A stretch of DNA of 64,000 nt from Hyphomonas sp. (GTDB lineage: Bacteria > Pseudomonadota > Alphaproteobacteria > Caulobacterales > Hyphomonadaceae), in NCBI RefSeq assembly GCF_013823385.1, contig NZ_PNMA01000001.1, positions 288,135-352,134 of the forward strand, given 5' to 3'. Below the pieces are notes generated by a model that saw only the letters and a program-made list of their open reading frames with translations, was not told the origin of the DNA and did no database searches. Position numbers and translations under genes: made by a program. The first letter of the stretch is position 1. Every line of letters starts with the position of its first letter. Shown here in pieces: positions 46,504 to 57,011 of the stretch.

Positions 46504-47724
46504 ATGGCCTGGACGAAGACCTATACCGGCGAAGAGCCGGTACGCATCAACAAATGGCTGGCCCAGGAAGGCGTGTGTTCGCGCCGGGAAGCCGATGCGT
46601 TGATCGAAAAAGGCCTTATACAACTGGATGGTAAGCCCGTGACGGTGGCGGGTGAGCGCGTCACCAAGGGGCAGACGTTGAGCCTGACGGACGCCGCTTC
46701 CCGGCGGCTGGACAATCAGCTGTCGGTAATCCTGAACAAGCCGGTGGGGTATGTTTCCGGGACTCCGGAGCCGGGAGAAATTCCGGCGATACGGCTGGTT
46801 ACCGAGGAAAACCTGTCTGGCAGCGCGCATGCTATCCCGCAGCGTTCGAACAAGATGGCGCCGCTGGGACGGCTCGACAAGGATTCGCACGGACTGCTGA
46901 TTCTGTCGGAGGATGGCGTGCTGGCGAAGGCGATCATCGGCCCCCTGAGCGACATGGACAAGGAATACCTTGTGCGGGTGAGAGGCGACATCACGCCTGC
47001 CAAGGTGGCGCTGCTGCGGCATGGGCTGGAACTGGACGGGCGGCAGCTGCGCCCAGCGGAGGTTCAGCAGGAGCGGAACAACACGCTGCGCTTCATCCTG
47101 AAGGAAGGACGCAACCGCCAGATCCGGCGGATGTGCGACCTGGTTGAGCTTAGAGTCCTGGATTTGCAGCGGATTCGGGTGGGCCCGATCCTGCTGGCGG
47201 GGCTGCCGGAGGGCAAATGGCGGCCACTGGGCGCCAAGGAACGGGCCGCCTTGCTGGCAGCCGGCGCCGGGGAAGAGGTGCGCGCGCGCCCACCCCTCCG
47301 CGAGGACCGCCCGCGTGCCAGCGACGGGCCAAAACGCGACAGATCCGGGACAGGCCAGGACAGTTCGCGGACAAATCCGGACAGAAATGGACAATTCGGG
47401 ACAAAGCCCGGACAGGGCCGGACGGATAAGCCCCGCTCCGGACCTGGAGCCGGCCGGGACGGGGCCAGACCCGAACGCAAAGGCCCGAGACCCGACCGGG
47501 ATGGCCCCAGACCAGAGCGTGCCGGCCCCAGACCTGATCGCGCGGGTCCGAAACCAGACCGTGCAGGGGCAAAGCCGCCGCGCCCCGGTGGCAAGCCTGC
47601 CCGGGCGGGCACCAAGCCGGTGGCGGCCGCGCCCAAGGCGGATGGCAACCGGCCCTCCGCGCTGAAAGGTGACAAGTTCAAGCGCACGAAGCTTGCCCCC
47701 AGGGATCGCAAGCCGATCAAGTGA
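46504..47724 (+). CDS. rluF: rRNA pseudouridine synthase, RluF-like, with a long repetitive tail
   Basis: S4 domain (CSRREAD), LNKPVG, GRLDKDS catalytic Asp, and GRNRQIRRM. Confidence 0.8.
   Translation: MAWTKTYTGEEPVRINKWLAQEGVCSRREADALIEKGLIQLDGKPVTVAGERVTKGQTLSLTDAASRRLDNQLSVILNKPVGYVSGTPEPGEIPAIRLVTEENLSGSAHAIPQRSNKMAPLGRLDKDSHGLLILSEDGVLAKAIIGPLSDMDKEYLVRVRGDITPAKVALLRHGLELDGRQLRPAEVQQERNNTLRFILKEGRNRQIRRMCDLVELRVLDLQRIRVGPILLAGLPEGKWRPLGAKERAALLAAGAGEEVRARPPLREDRPRASDGPKRDRSGTGQDSSRTNPDRNGQFGTKPGQGRTDKPRSGPGAGRDGARPERKGPRPDRDGPRPERAGPRPDRAGPKPDRAGAKPPRPGGKPARAGTKPVAAAPKADGNRPSALKGDKFKRTKLAPRDRKPIK
47341..47423 (+). repeat. Eight-unit GGAC array (10-11 bp period) inside the RluF-like tail
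   Basis: AGATCCGGGAC AGGCCAGGAC AGTTCGCGGAC AAATCCGGAC AGAAATGGAC AATTCGGGAC AAAGCCCGGAC AGGGCCGGAC. Confidence 0.8.
47467..47613 (+). repeat. 21-bp/7-aa coding repeat (R/K-P-x-R-x-G-x)7
   Basis: AGACC/AAACC/AAGCC recurs every 21 nt from 47467 to 47614. Confidence 0.85.
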
Positions 47725-47778
47725 TCTTTCCCCCGCGTGACGGCTCGACGGGGGAACCTGCCGCCGTATCGTGGACGC

Positions 47779-48843
47779 ATGGATGGATTTCTCTCAGAAC
47801 CGACCCAGTACAAGGGTCTGACATTTCCGCATGGCACGCGCGCGCCGGAGCCTGGCGAAACGATCGAGGTGGCGCCCGGCGTCGAGTGGACGCGGATGCC
47901 GCTGCCTTTCTCGCTGAAGTTCATCAATGTGTGGATCATTGATGATGGCGATGGCTGGACGATTGTGGACACCGGGATGCCGCTGCCGGACACCAAGGAT
48001 GCCTGGCGGAAGCTCCTGGGCGAGCGGGTGACGGCGGACAAGCCGCTGAAGCGGGTGATCATCACCCACATGCACCCCGACCATATCGGGGCGGCGGGCT
48101 GGCTCTGCTACAAGTATGACGCCGAGCTGTGGATCAGCCGCTTGGAGTATACGACCTGCCGGATGCTGGTGGCCGATACGGGCCGCGACGCGCCGAAGGC
48201 GGGAATCGATTTCTATGTCCGCGCCGGCTGGCCGCAGAAGGCCATCGACAATTACGTCTCCCGATTTGGCGGGTTCGGGCGGGGCGTCAGCCAGATGCCC
48301 GACGCCTTCCGCCGGCTGGAGGAGGGCGACACCGTGCGCCTGGCCGGGCAGGACTGGCGGGTGATCACCGGCAACGGCCATTCGCCCGAGCATGTGTGCC
48401 TGTTCAGCCCCGCGCTAAATGTGGCGATCACGGGCGACCAGCTGTTGCCGCGGATTTCGTCGAACGTTTCGGTGCATCCGACCGAACCGGCGGCCAATCC
48501 GCTGGATGACTGGATCAGGAGCTGCGAGAAGCTGCTGCGGGAGCTGCCCGAGGATTGCTTCATCCTGCCGGCGCACAATGAGCCGTTCACCGGCGCGCAT
48601 ATCCGGCTGCGCAACCTGATTGCGGGCCATGAAACCTCGCTGACGCGCCTGCGGCAGAAGCTGGAGAAGGGGCCTGCAAAGGTGCCGGAGACCTTCGTGA
48701 CGCTGTTTGGCCGGGCGATCAAAGACGATGAAATGGGCAGTGCAACGGGCGAGGCGCTGGCGCACCTCAATTACCTGATCCATCGCGGAGAGGTGAAAAC
48801 CCGGCCCGATACGGATGGCGCGCTGCTTTACAGCCTCGCCTGA
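47779..48843 (+). CDS. MBL-fold metallo-hydrolase
   Basis: THMHPDHIG, GHSPEH, GDQLLP, and PAHN. Confidence 0.92.
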   Translation: MDGFLSEPTQYKGLTFPHGTRAPEPGETIEVAPGVEWTRMPLPFSLKFINVWIIDDGDGWTIVDTGMPLPDTKDAWRKLLGERVTADKPLKRVIITHMHPDHIGAAGWLCYKYDAELWISRLEYTTCRMLVADTGRDAPKAGIDFYVRAGWPQKAIDNYVSRFGGFGRGVSQMPDAFRRLEEGDTVRLAGQDWRVITGNGHSPEHVCLFSPALNVAITGDQLLPRISSNVSVHPTEPAANPLDDWIRSCEKLLRELPEDCFILPAHNEPFTGAHIRLRNLIAGHETSLTRLRQKLEKGPAKVPETFVTLFGRAIKDDEMGSATGEALAHLNYLIHRGEVKTRPDTDGALLYSLA

Positions 48844-48964
48844 AGCGCTGTTTCGTCTCACATTGAATAGCAGTGGCGCGGGGCATTTCGCCTTCGCAAG
48901 GGGGCAGCTTATCGTTTAAGACTTCCCCGCCTGCCTTAAGAGCGGCGCCTGCTATGGGGTTTGA

Positions 48965-49816
48965 ATGACTGAGGATAACAGCGTGGCCGCCGAGGCGCCG
49001 GCAGCAGAGACAGGCCTCTGGGCGAAGATCAAGCAGGAGCTGCGCGAATGGGGCGCGACGCTGGCGATTGTGGCGCCGGCGTTCCTTCTGTTCACCGGCC
49101 TGCTTTACGAACAGCGCGTTATCCCCTCCGAGAGCATGGTGCCGACCCTGGAAGTGGGCGACCGGGTGGCGGTGGCCAAGTTTGCTTTCGGCTATGGGCG
49201 CTATTCGCTGCCCCTGAGCATCGGGCGCTATCTGCCGCTGGGCGAGGGGCGGTTCTTCCCCGGCACGCCGGAGCGCGGCGATGTGGTGGTTTTCGAGCAT
49301 ACCCATTCTGACCGGGTGATGATCAAGCGCGTGGTGGGCCTGCCGGGCGATACGGTGCAGATGATCAATGAGGCGCTGGTGATCAATGGCCAGCCGGTGC
49401 AGGCGGAATTCGTGCGCACGGTGCGCTATATTCCCGACCGGACGAATATTATCGACACAGCGCATGAATGGCGCGAGACGATTGGCGACAAGACCTGGCT
49501 GACCCATCGCGGCCTGCGCGGGCATGCCGTGGATGACACGGTGCTGTTCATCGTGCCCGAAGGGCACATGTTCCTGGTGGGGGACAACCGCAACAATTCC
49601 TATGACAGCCGCGAGCTTTCCGGCCATTGCCCGCCGGTCAACGGTGTGGTGGACCGGGCAGGCTGCCCCCTGCGCGTGGCGGCAGATGATGCCTCCATCG
49701 GCTTTGTGCCGCTGGACCATCTGATCGGGCGCGCCGACACCGTGTTGATGACGTTCCACCGGTGCAAACTGCAGGATGATGAGCCCTGCCGCAAACGCGT
49801 CTGGAAGGGTCTCTGA
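48965..49816 (+). CDS. lepB: Signal peptidase I
   Basis: IPSESMVPTL (Ser), IKRVVGLPGD (Lys), and GDNRNNSYDSR. Confidence 0.93.
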   Translation: MTEDNSVAAEAPAAETGLWAKIKQELREWGATLAIVAPAFLLFTGLLYEQRVIPSESMVPTLEVGDRVAVAKFAFGYGRYSLPLSIGRYLPLGEGRFFPGTPERGDVVVFEHTHSDRVMIKRVVGLPGDTVQMINEALVINGQPVQAEFVRTVRYIPDRTNIIDTAHEWRETIGDKTWLTHRGLRGHAVDDTVLFIVPEGHMFLVGDNRNNSYDSRELSGHCPPVNGVVDRAGCPLRVAADDASIGFVPLDHLIGRADTVLMTFHRCKLQDDEPCRKRVWKGL

Positions 49817-49911
49817 CCCCGGAAATCCGTATCTTGCCCGCTGCGGCTAACCCCGCTAGTCCGGATTTGAACGGGGGCGCGGGGCCCCTGCGGCAGTACG
49901 GATAACTGGCG

Positions 49912-50514
49912 ATGCCCAACACGACATCGACAAAGCAGCGCCGTGGGCCGATCATCATATCGCGCCATGGCCGCCCGGCGCTTGACCGGAATCTGGGGCC
50001 GCGCCTGCACTGGCAGGACTATATCGACTGGTGGGCCAATTATGAAAAAGGCCCCCTGGCGGAAGGGCAGGAAGCGCCCAGGGAATTGAGGGACATGGTG
50101 GCCGATGCGGACATCGTGTTTGCCTCCGCCCGCCTGCGCGCGCAGCAGACGGCCGACAGCGCCGCCCCGCACCTGACGGCGACCTATGATCCGGTGTTCA
50201 ATGAAGCGCCGCTTCCCCCGCCAAAACTGCATGGCTTCCGCGCCCTGCCCAAGACCTGGAATGTGCTGGCCCGGACGGTCTGGTTAACCGGCCATTCACT
50301 GGACGGCGAATCGGTGGGCGAGGCGCGGGTGCGCGCCAAGGCGGCGGCGCTGAAGCTGCACGAGGCGGCGGCCGATGCGAAGGTGTATCTCGCCGCACAC
50401 GGATGGTTCAACCGGATGCTGAGACCGGAGCTGCGCCAGCTTGGCTGGGTGTGCACGCGGGATGGCGGGGACAGCTATTGGAGCTACCGCGTCTACGAAT
50501 ACCGGGGCCGGTGA
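49912..50514 (+). CDS. Histidine phosphatase family protein
   Basis: SRHG motif, SARLRAQQTA, FNEAP, and AHG. Confidence 0.8.
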   Translation: MPNTTSTKQRRGPIIISRHGRPALDRNLGPRLHWQDYIDWWANYEKGPLAEGQEAPRELRDMVADADIVFASARLRAQQTADSAAPHLTATYDPVFNEAPLPPPKLHGFRALPKTWNVLARTVWLTGHSLDGESVGEARVRAKAAALKLHEAAADAKVYLAAHGWFNRMLRPELRQLGWVCTRDGGDSYWSYRVYEYRGR

Positions 50515-50585
50515 CACGATTACGGTTGTCGGGCCCGGCAGCGGGCTCTAGACAGGCTGGAACGAATTTTCAGGACAGGCGCGCC

Positions 50586-50831
50586 ATGTCGGATGTCAAA
50601 TCCAAACCCGTGGACAAGATGAGCTTCGAAGAGGCCCTGGCTGAGCTGGAGGGCATTGTCCGCCAGCTGGAGGCCGGTGAAGTCGAGCTGGAAAAGTCGA
50701 TCGCGATCTATGAGCGCGGCGCCGCCCTGAAAGCGCATTGCGAGGCGCGGCTGAAATCGGCCGAGCTGAAGGTGGAGCAGATTGTACAGGGCGCCGGCGG
50801 TCCGACGACCGAACCGGCCGCCTTTGATTAG
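50586..50831 (+). CDS. xseB: Exodeoxyribonuclease VII small subunit
   Basis: [33 protein letters not shown]; xseB-ispA-dxs order. Confidence 0.95.
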   Translation: MSDVKSKPVDKMSFEEALAELEGIVRQLEAGEVELEKSIAIYERGAALKAHCEARLKSAELKVEQIVQGAGGPTTEPAAFD

Positions 50832-50862
50832 GTTCGCCGTCATGGGGCCGGACCGGGGCGAA

Positions 50863-51750
50863 GTGACAGACTTTGAACAGCGCCTGACGGAAGTTGCCGA
50901 CAAGGTGACGGTGGCGCTGGATCAGCTGATCCCGCCGGCCAGCGGCCCGGAAGCCAATCTGATGCGCGCCATGCGCCATGCGGCGCTGGCCAATGGCAAG
51001 CGGATGCGGCCTTTCCTTGTGCTGGAAACGGGCGCCATGTTCGGGGCGTCGGAGAAGAGCCTGCTGCGGACGGCGGCGGCGCTGGAATGCGTGCACTGCT
51101 ATTCGCTGGTGCATGATGATCTGCCCTGCATGGATGATGATGACTTCCGGAGGGGGCAGCCGACCGTTCACAAGGCCTTTGACGAGGCAACGGCCGTGCT
51201 GGCCGGGGACGCGCTGCTGACGCTGGCGTTCAAGATCCTGGCCTCTGCCGAGACCCATGATGACCCGGCGGTGCGCGTTCTGCTGATCGAGCGGCTGGCC
51301 GATGCGGCCGGAGCGCGGGGCATGGTGGGCGGCCAGATGATCGACATGCTGGAAGAGGCGAGCCCGCGCGATCTCAACACCATCACCCGTATGCAGCGGC
51401 TGAAGACCGGGGCGCTGATTTCCTATGCGCTGGAAGCCGGGGCGATCATCGGCCATGCCCGCGAGGCCGAACGCAATGCCCTGGCAGGTTTCGCCAATGA
51501 TCTGGGGCTGGCCTATCAGATTGCCGACGACATCCTTGATGCAGAGGGGGATGAAAGCATCGTGGGCAAGGCAGTTTCCAAGGACAAGGACGCCGGAAAG
51601 GCGAATTTCGTGACCCTTCTGGGGGTGGAGGGGGCCCGGCAGAGGGTGCGGCTGCTCGCCGCGCAGGCCAAGGAACATTTGGCAATTTTCCGTGACAAAG
51701 CCCACATCCTGCTGCATTCCGTTGATTATGTGCTGAACAGACCCCGCTAA
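50863..51750 (+). CDS. ispA: Farnesyl diphosphate synthase (start 50842 or 50863)
   Basis: [31 protein letters not shown], and QIADDILD. Confidence 0.93.
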   Translation: MTDFEQRLTEVADKVTVALDQLIPPASGPEANLMRAMRHAALANGKRMRPFLVLETGAMFGASEKSLLRTAAALECVHCYSLVHDDLPCMDDDDFRRGQPTVHKAFDEATAVLAGDALLTLAFKILASAETHDDPAVRVLLIERLADAAGARGMVGGQMIDMLEEASPRDLNTITRMQRLKTGALISYALEAGAIIGHAREAERNALAGFANDLGLAYQIADDILDAEGDESIVGKAVSKDKDAGKANFVTLLGVEGARQRVRLLAAQAKEHLAIFRDKAHILLHSVDYVLNRPR

Positions 51751-51785
51751 AACCGGGCACGCGACGACAAGAAAAGCACGCAGAT

Positions 51786-53708
51786 ATGACCGAGACACGC
51801 CCGAACCGCCTCCTGGACGCCATAGATTCGCCGTCCGACCTCAAAGGCCGCAGCCGCGCCGATCTGAAACAGATCGCCGTGGAAGTGCGCGATGAGGTGA
51901 TTGATGTCGTCTCGGTCACCGGGGGGCATCTCGGCTCCGGGCTGGGCGTGGTGGAGCTGACCGTGGCGATCCATGCGGTGTTCGATGCACCGGCCGACAA
52001 GCTGATCTGGGACGTGGGCCACCAGTGCTATCCCCACAAGATCCTGACCGAGCGCAAGGACCGGATGCGGACCCTGCGCCAGGGCGGGGGGCTTTCAGGC
52101 TTCACCAAGCGTTCGGAGAGCAAATACGATCCGTTCGGGGCCGCGCATGCCTCGACCTCGATCTCGGCAGGCCTCGGCTTTGCCAAGGCGCGTGACCTGC
52201 AGGGCAAGGACAATCATGTCATCTGCGTGATCGGCGATGGGTCGATGTCGGCCGGCATGGCGTATGAAGCCATGAACAATGCCGGTGCCGACCGTTCCCG
52301 GATGATCGTTATCCTCAACGATAACGACATGTCGATTGCGCCCCCGGTTGGCGCGATGAGCCATTATTTCTCGCGGCTGGTTTCCTCGCGGCCTTACCGG
52401 GGCCTGCGCCGGATTGCCAAGAAGGTGGTTCAGCCGATGGGGCTGGAATCTCCGGCGCGGCGCGCAGAGGAATATCTGCGCGGCTTTGCGATGGGCGGCA
52501 CGCTGTTTGAGGAGATGGGGTTCTATTATATCGGCCCGGTCGACGGGCACGACCTCGACACGCTGCTGGACCTTCTGGAAAACATCAAGGCGATGCAGGA
52601 CGGTCCGATCCTGCTGCATGTGGTGACGCAGAAGGGCAAGGGCTATGCCCCTGCCGAGAACTCTGCCGACAAGTATCACGGGGTTTCGAAATTCTCCGTG
52701 GTCACCGGCGAGCAGGCCAAGGGCGCCGCTGGAGCCCCAGCCTATCAGAAGGTGTTTGGCCAGACGCTGGCGAAACTGGGCGAAACGGACGACAGGATCT
52801 GTGCCATCACGGCGGCCATGCCATCTGGTACGAGTACGGACATTTTCGGGAAGAAGTTCCCCGAGCGGCATTTCGATGTCGGCATTGCCGAGCAGCATGC
52901 GGTGACGTTTGCTGCCGGCCTTGCGGCGGATGGCATGAAGCCGTTCTGCGCGATCTATTCGACCTTCCTTCAGCGCGGCTATGACCAGGTTGTGCATGAT
53001 GTTGCGATCCAGCAGCTGCCGGTTCGCTTTGCTATCGACCGGGCAGGGCTTGTCGGCGCCGATGGGGCGACCCATGCGGGAAGTTTCGATGTCGGCTATC
53101 TTGGCGCGCTGCCGGGATTTGTGTGCATGGCGCCGTCTGATGAAGCGGAGCTGGCGCGCATGGTGCTGACCTCGCTTCAGATCGATGACCGGCCCAGCGC
53201 TTTCCGCTATCCGCGCGGCGAAGGGATCGGTGTTGAAATTCCCGAGCTTCTCAAGCCGCTGGAAATCGGCAAGGGCAGGGTGGTGCGCGAGGGGACGGCG
53301 ATTGCGATCCTTTCCTATGGCACCCGGCTGCAGGAAGCGCTGAAAGCCGCCGAAATGCTGGCCGCGCAGGGCCTGAGCGCCACCGTAGCCGATGCCCGCT
53401 TTGCCAAACCGCTCGACCATGATCTGGTCGAGCGCCTGGCGAAGGAACATGAAGTGCTGGTGACGATTGAAGAGGGCGCTCGTGGCGGCTTTGGAAGTTT
53501 CGTTCTTGAGCATCTTGCCAATTGCGGCGGGCTGGACAGGGGCCTGAAGGTGCGAGTTATGACGCTACCTGATATCTTCCAGGATCAGGACACGCCGGCA
53601 GCCATGTATGATCAGGCCGGGCTCACGGCGCGCCATATTGCATCGCGTGCAATTGAGGCACTGGGTCGGGGCGACCTGTCTGCCATTGAACGGCTGGCAT
53701 CTGCCTGA
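51786..53708 (+). CDS. dxs: 1-deoxy-D-xylulose-5-phosphate synthase
   Basis: [41 protein letters not shown], and [13 protein letters not shown]. Confidence 0.98.
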   Translation: MTETRPNRLLDAIDSPSDLKGRSRADLKQIAVEVRDEVIDVVSVTGGHLGSGLGVVELTVAIHAVFDAPADKLIWDVGHQCYPHKILTERKDRMRTLRQGGGLSGFTKRSESKYDPFGAAHASTSISAGLGFAKARDLQGKDNHVICVIGDGSMSAGMAYEAMNNAGADRSRMIVILNDNDMSIAPPVGAMSHYFSRLVSSRPYRGLRRIAKKVVQPMGLESPARRAEEYLRGFAMGGTLFEEMGFYYIGPVDGHDLDTLLDLLENIKAMQDGPILLHVVTQKGKGYAPAENSADKYHGVSKFSVVTGEQAKGAAGAPAYQKVFGQTLAKLGETDDRICAITAAMPSGTSTDIFGKKFPERHFDVGIAEQHAVTFAAGLAADGMKPFCAIYSTFLQRGYDQVVHDVAIQQLPVRFAIDRAGLVGADGATHAGSFDVGYLGALPGFVCMAPSDEAELARMVLTSLQIDDRPSAFRYPRGEGIGVEIPELLKPLEIGKGRVVREGTAIAILSYGTRLQEALKAAEMLAAQGLSATVADARFAKPLDHDLVERLAKEHEVLVTIEEGARGGFGSFVLEHLANCGGLDRGLKVRVMTLPDIFQDQDTPAAMYDQAGLTARHIASRAIEALGRGDLSAIERLASA

Positions 53709-53814
53709 GGCTTTGCCACACTAACATCACACTTCTGCCCTGTGCCGCTTCCTTCCGGCAGGCTATGGAGAAGGCGCGAAACTCATGATTCCGCCTGCAA
53801 GAAGGAAGTTTGAT

Positions 53815-54459
53815 ATGACCCGTTTCAGCCTTGCCGCCATGGCCTCAGCGCTTGTTCTCGCCGCGTGCGCGACGCAGGCGCCCCCGAGCGATGAACCGGC
53901 GGCCGTTGTTGTTGTGGTACCCTCCCAATATGAGCTGGGCATGAGCACGGCAGCCGAATTGCAGGCCGCCGGGAATGTGCCCACTGCCATTCAGCGCCTG
54001 ATGCAGCTGGCCGGCGATACCGGAATCACCCCGGCGCAGAAGGCGGACGTTCTCTATGAACTCGGCGTGCTGAGCATGAGCCCGACGGGATATGACCTTC
54101 CGGGCGCGGTCGGTTATTTCGACGAAGTGATTGCCAATCATCCGAATACGGATGCGGCCCGCCGCGCCAGGACCAAGCTGCCGGAAGCCCGCGCGCAGGT
54201 GGACGCGCTGAACGCTGTGCTGGCCTCGGTCGATGCGACCCATACGGAGCGCTTCAACGCGCTGATGAAGCTGGGCCGGCATCTCGATGCGATCGACCTG
54301 ATGGCGCAGTATGACATCCAGCCTGACAATGAAGTGAAGCTGGCGATGTATCAGATCGGCTATCTGTGCGACGAAAGCGGCCTGACCGGGCAGACCTACA
54401 CGGTGGCCGACCGTGACGGCACGACCCGCAGACTGCGCTTTTGTGACTACGGCAAATAA
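53815..54459 (+). CDS. Uncharacterised lipoprotein with TPR-like helices
   Basis: Lipobox LAA-C; ADVLYELG...AVGYFDEVIANHPNTDAA resembles a TPR. Confidence 0.75.
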   Translation: MTRFSLAAMASALVLAACATQAPPSDEPAAVVVVVPSQYELGMSTAAELQAAGNVPTAIQRLMQLAGDTGITPAQKADVLYELGVLSMSPTGYDLPGAVGYFDEVIANHPNTDAARRARTKLPEARAQVDALNAVLASVDATHTERFNALMKLGRHLDAIDLMAQYDIQPDNEVKLAMYQIGYLCDESGLTGQTYTVADRDGTTRRLRFCDYGK

Positions 54460-54493
54460 GGCATAGACTGTCTCCCGAACCTGGGGGGACAGG

Positions 54494-55075
54494 ATGGAAA
54501 ACACGGAATTCCGCCAGAGAATTTCCGCCTTCGAGAAGGGCGAGATTCTCTGGCGCGCCTTTCCAGGCCGGCTGGAAAAGCACGGGGCGGACGGATCGCT
54601 TCAGCTGACAATTCCCTATGACCGTGTGCGGCGGGTGCGGATTGCCTGGGCGCCGAGCCGGGGGCAGCCGGGGCGCATGCTGCTGGAGCTGACGGGCGAC
54701 CAGTCCCGCGTGACCATCTCCAACATGCATTATGCGGGCTTTGCCGATTTCGAGGACCGGGCGGAGAGCTTCTATCCGATGGTGTGGCTGGTGGCGCTGG
54801 GCGTGCGGCGGGCCAATCCGGCGGCTGAGTTCCGGGCAGGCGAGCGGGCGGAGATTTACTGGCCGCTGCTGTGCTTTGCGTCCGGCGCCCTGGCGATGCT
54901 GGCGGGCGTTCTCTTCGCGCTGCCGATCGGTGCCGGGGATGGGACCACCTCTGCCTTCATCAAGGCCGGCTTCATCCTGATTGCGTTGCCGCTGCTGCTG
55001 GGTTGGGCATGGAAGTCGCGGCCCAGGAAGTTTAACCCCGATACCGATCTGGACGAAATGGTTGCCATCCGCTGA
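54494..55075 (+). CDS. Hypothetical membrane protein (soluble N-domain, two C-terminal TMs)
   Basis: RBS-like GGGGG..AGG, GC-biased codon usage, and two hydrophobic helices. Confidence 0.7.
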   Translation: MENTEFRQRISAFEKGEILWRAFPGRLEKHGADGSLQLTIPYDRVRRVRIAWAPSRGQPGRMLLELTGDQSRVTISNMHYAGFADFEDRAESFYPMVWLVALGVRRANPAAEFRAGERAEIYWPLLCFASGALAMLAGVLFALPIGAGDGTTSAFIKAGFILIALPLLLGWAWKSRPRKFNPDTDLDEMVAIR

Positions 55076-55255
55076 TGGGGCAGAACTCACCTGAAGCTGA
55101 GGGTTCTGGCGCCCGCCAGGAAAAAACATGCTGTCAAAGGCCGGATTTGGGCGCCGGTTCACACAAAAATGACGCCGTGTCGCATGTGAGCCCCTTCATT
55201 ATCCGGCCCGCGCGTGGTTGTCTGGCGCCAGCACAGAAACAACCCGAGGAAACCC

Positions 55256-57007
55256 ATGCCGACAGACCTTCTCCCCCCGAACTGGCCCGCCATGTCGATC
55301 GCCCAGGCCAATGCCGCGCTGGCCGGGCCGGGATCGCCGCTGGAGCTTGAAGAGGCCGAGATTCGCGGCGTCCGCATGAAGGTCTACAAGAACGCGCCGC
55401 CGAACATTCCCGTGATCCTGGAACTGGCGGCACAGCAATTTCCGGAGCGCACCTATCTCGTCTACCAGAATGAGCGGGTGACATTTGGCGCGCTGAACCT
55501 GGCTGTGCGCAAGCTGGCCGCCGAGATGCGCGACGTCTACGGCATTCAGAAAGGCGACCGGGTGGCCATCGTCATGCGGAACTATCCGCAATGGCCGCTG
55601 GCCTTCTATGCTGCGCTGAGCCTGGGGGCGATCGCCACGCCGATGAATTCCTGGTGGACCGCTGAAGAGCTGGAATACGGCCTTTCCTTTGCCGGGGTGA
55701 AGCTGGCGGTGATGGACCTGCAGATTTATGAGCGCATCCGCGATCATCTGCACAAGCTGCCGGACCTGCAGCATATTCTGGTTGCGCGGGATTCGGCCGA
55801 GGAGATTGCCGATCCGCGCGTCTCTTCGCTTGATGCCATCGTGGGCCATCCCAATGACTGGGGGAAGCTGCCCGATGCCGGGCCGACGGGGGTTCAGATT
55901 GCGCCCGATGACGACGCAACGATCATGTATACCTCGGGCACGACCGGAAAACCCAAGGGCGCGCTGGCCACCCACCGCGCGGTGATCACCAACATGTTCA
56001 ACTCCAGCGCCTGCCAGGCGCGGATGTTCCTGCGCAAGGGCGAGCCTGTGCCCGCGCCCGATCCCGAAGCGATGCGCGCGACGCTGATCTCCATTCCGTT
56101 TTTCCATGCGACGGGGTCGTTTGCGATCCTGATCCCTTCGGCGCTGCGCGGGGACAAGGTTGTGTCGATGTACAAATGGGACGCGGGCGAGGCGCTGCCG
56201 ATCATCGAGGGTGAGAAGATCACCGCGGTGGGCGGCGTGCCGGCGATTGCCTGGCAAATCCTGGAACATCCGGACAGGGACAAATATGACCTCTCCTCCA
56301 TCCAGGCGATTTCCTATGGCGGCGCGCCGTCTGCGCCCGAACTGGTTTCGACCATCAAGAAGCGTTTTCCCGAAGCGGCGCCCGGCAATGGCTGGGGCAT
56401 GACCGAAACCTGCGCCACGGCGACGCTGAATATCGGCGAAGACTATGTGAACCGCCCCTCCAGCGCTGGCGCGCCGCCAGCAGCGGTGGAACTGAAGATC
56501 TGCGATCCCGAGGGCAATGAGGTGCCGGCCGGGGAGGTGGGCGAACTCTGGTGCAAGAGCGCGGCGAATTGCCGGCTCTACTGGAACCGGCCCGACGCGA
56601 CGGCCGAAACCTTCCGCAATGGCTGGGTGGTGACCGGTGACCTTGCGCGCATCGACGAGGAGGGGTTCCTCTATCTCGTCGACCGGGCGAAGGACATGCT
56701 GATCCGGGGCGGCGAGAACGTCTACTGTATCGAGGTGGAAAGCGCGCTCTACGATCATCCGGCGGTGATGGATGCCGCCGTGGTGGGGATTGCGCACAAG
56801 GTGCTGGGCGAGGAAGTGGGCGCTGTGGTGCAGCTGAAGCCGGGAAAGACGGCGACGGAAGCGGACCTGCGCGCGCATGTGGCCGGGCAGCTGGCAGCGT
56901 TCAAGGTGCCGGTGGAAATCCAGTTCCAGGATGAGCCCTTGCCGCGCAATGCCAATGGCAAGATCCTGAAGGCGGACCTGCGCCAGCGTTTCAAGCCGAG
57001 GGGGTAG
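55256..57007 (+). CDS. Long-chain acyl-CoA ligase (adenylate-forming)
   Basis: YTSGTTGKPKG, GWGMTE, TGDL, DRAKDMLIRGGENVY, and NGKILK. Confidence 0.93.
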   Translation: MPTDLLPPNWPAMSIAQANAALAGPGSPLELEEAEIRGVRMKVYKNAPPNIPVILELAAQQFPERTYLVYQNERVTFGALNLAVRKLAAEMRDVYGIQKGDRVAIVMRNYPQWPLAFYAALSLGAIATPMNSWWTAEELEYGLSFAGVKLAVMDLQIYERIRDHLHKLPDLQHILVARDSAEEIADPRVSSLDAIVGHPNDWGKLPDAGPTGVQIAPDDDATIMYTSGTTGKPKGALATHRAVITNMFNSSACQARMFLRKGEPVPAPDPEAMRATLISIPFFHATGSFAILIPSALRGDKVVSMYKWDAGEALPIIEGEKITAVGGVPAIAWQILEHPDRDKYDLSSIQAISYGGAPSAPELVSTIKKRFPEAAPGNGWGMTETCATATLNIGEDYVNRPSSAGAPPAAVELKICDPEGNEVPAGEVGELWCKSAANCRLYWNRPDATAETFRNGWVVTGDLARIDEEGFLYLVDRAKDMLIRGGENVYCIEVESALYDHPAVMDAAVVGIAHKVLGEEVGAVVQLKPGKTATEADLRAHVAGQLAAFKVPVEIQFQDEPLPRNANGKILKADLRQRFKPRG

Positions 57008-57011
57008 GCCG

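Noticed and set aside
44613-46505. 630-aa minus-strand ORF
   Set aside because: Antisense to a well-supported acyl-CoA dehydrogenase; Arg/His-rich translation without family motifs.
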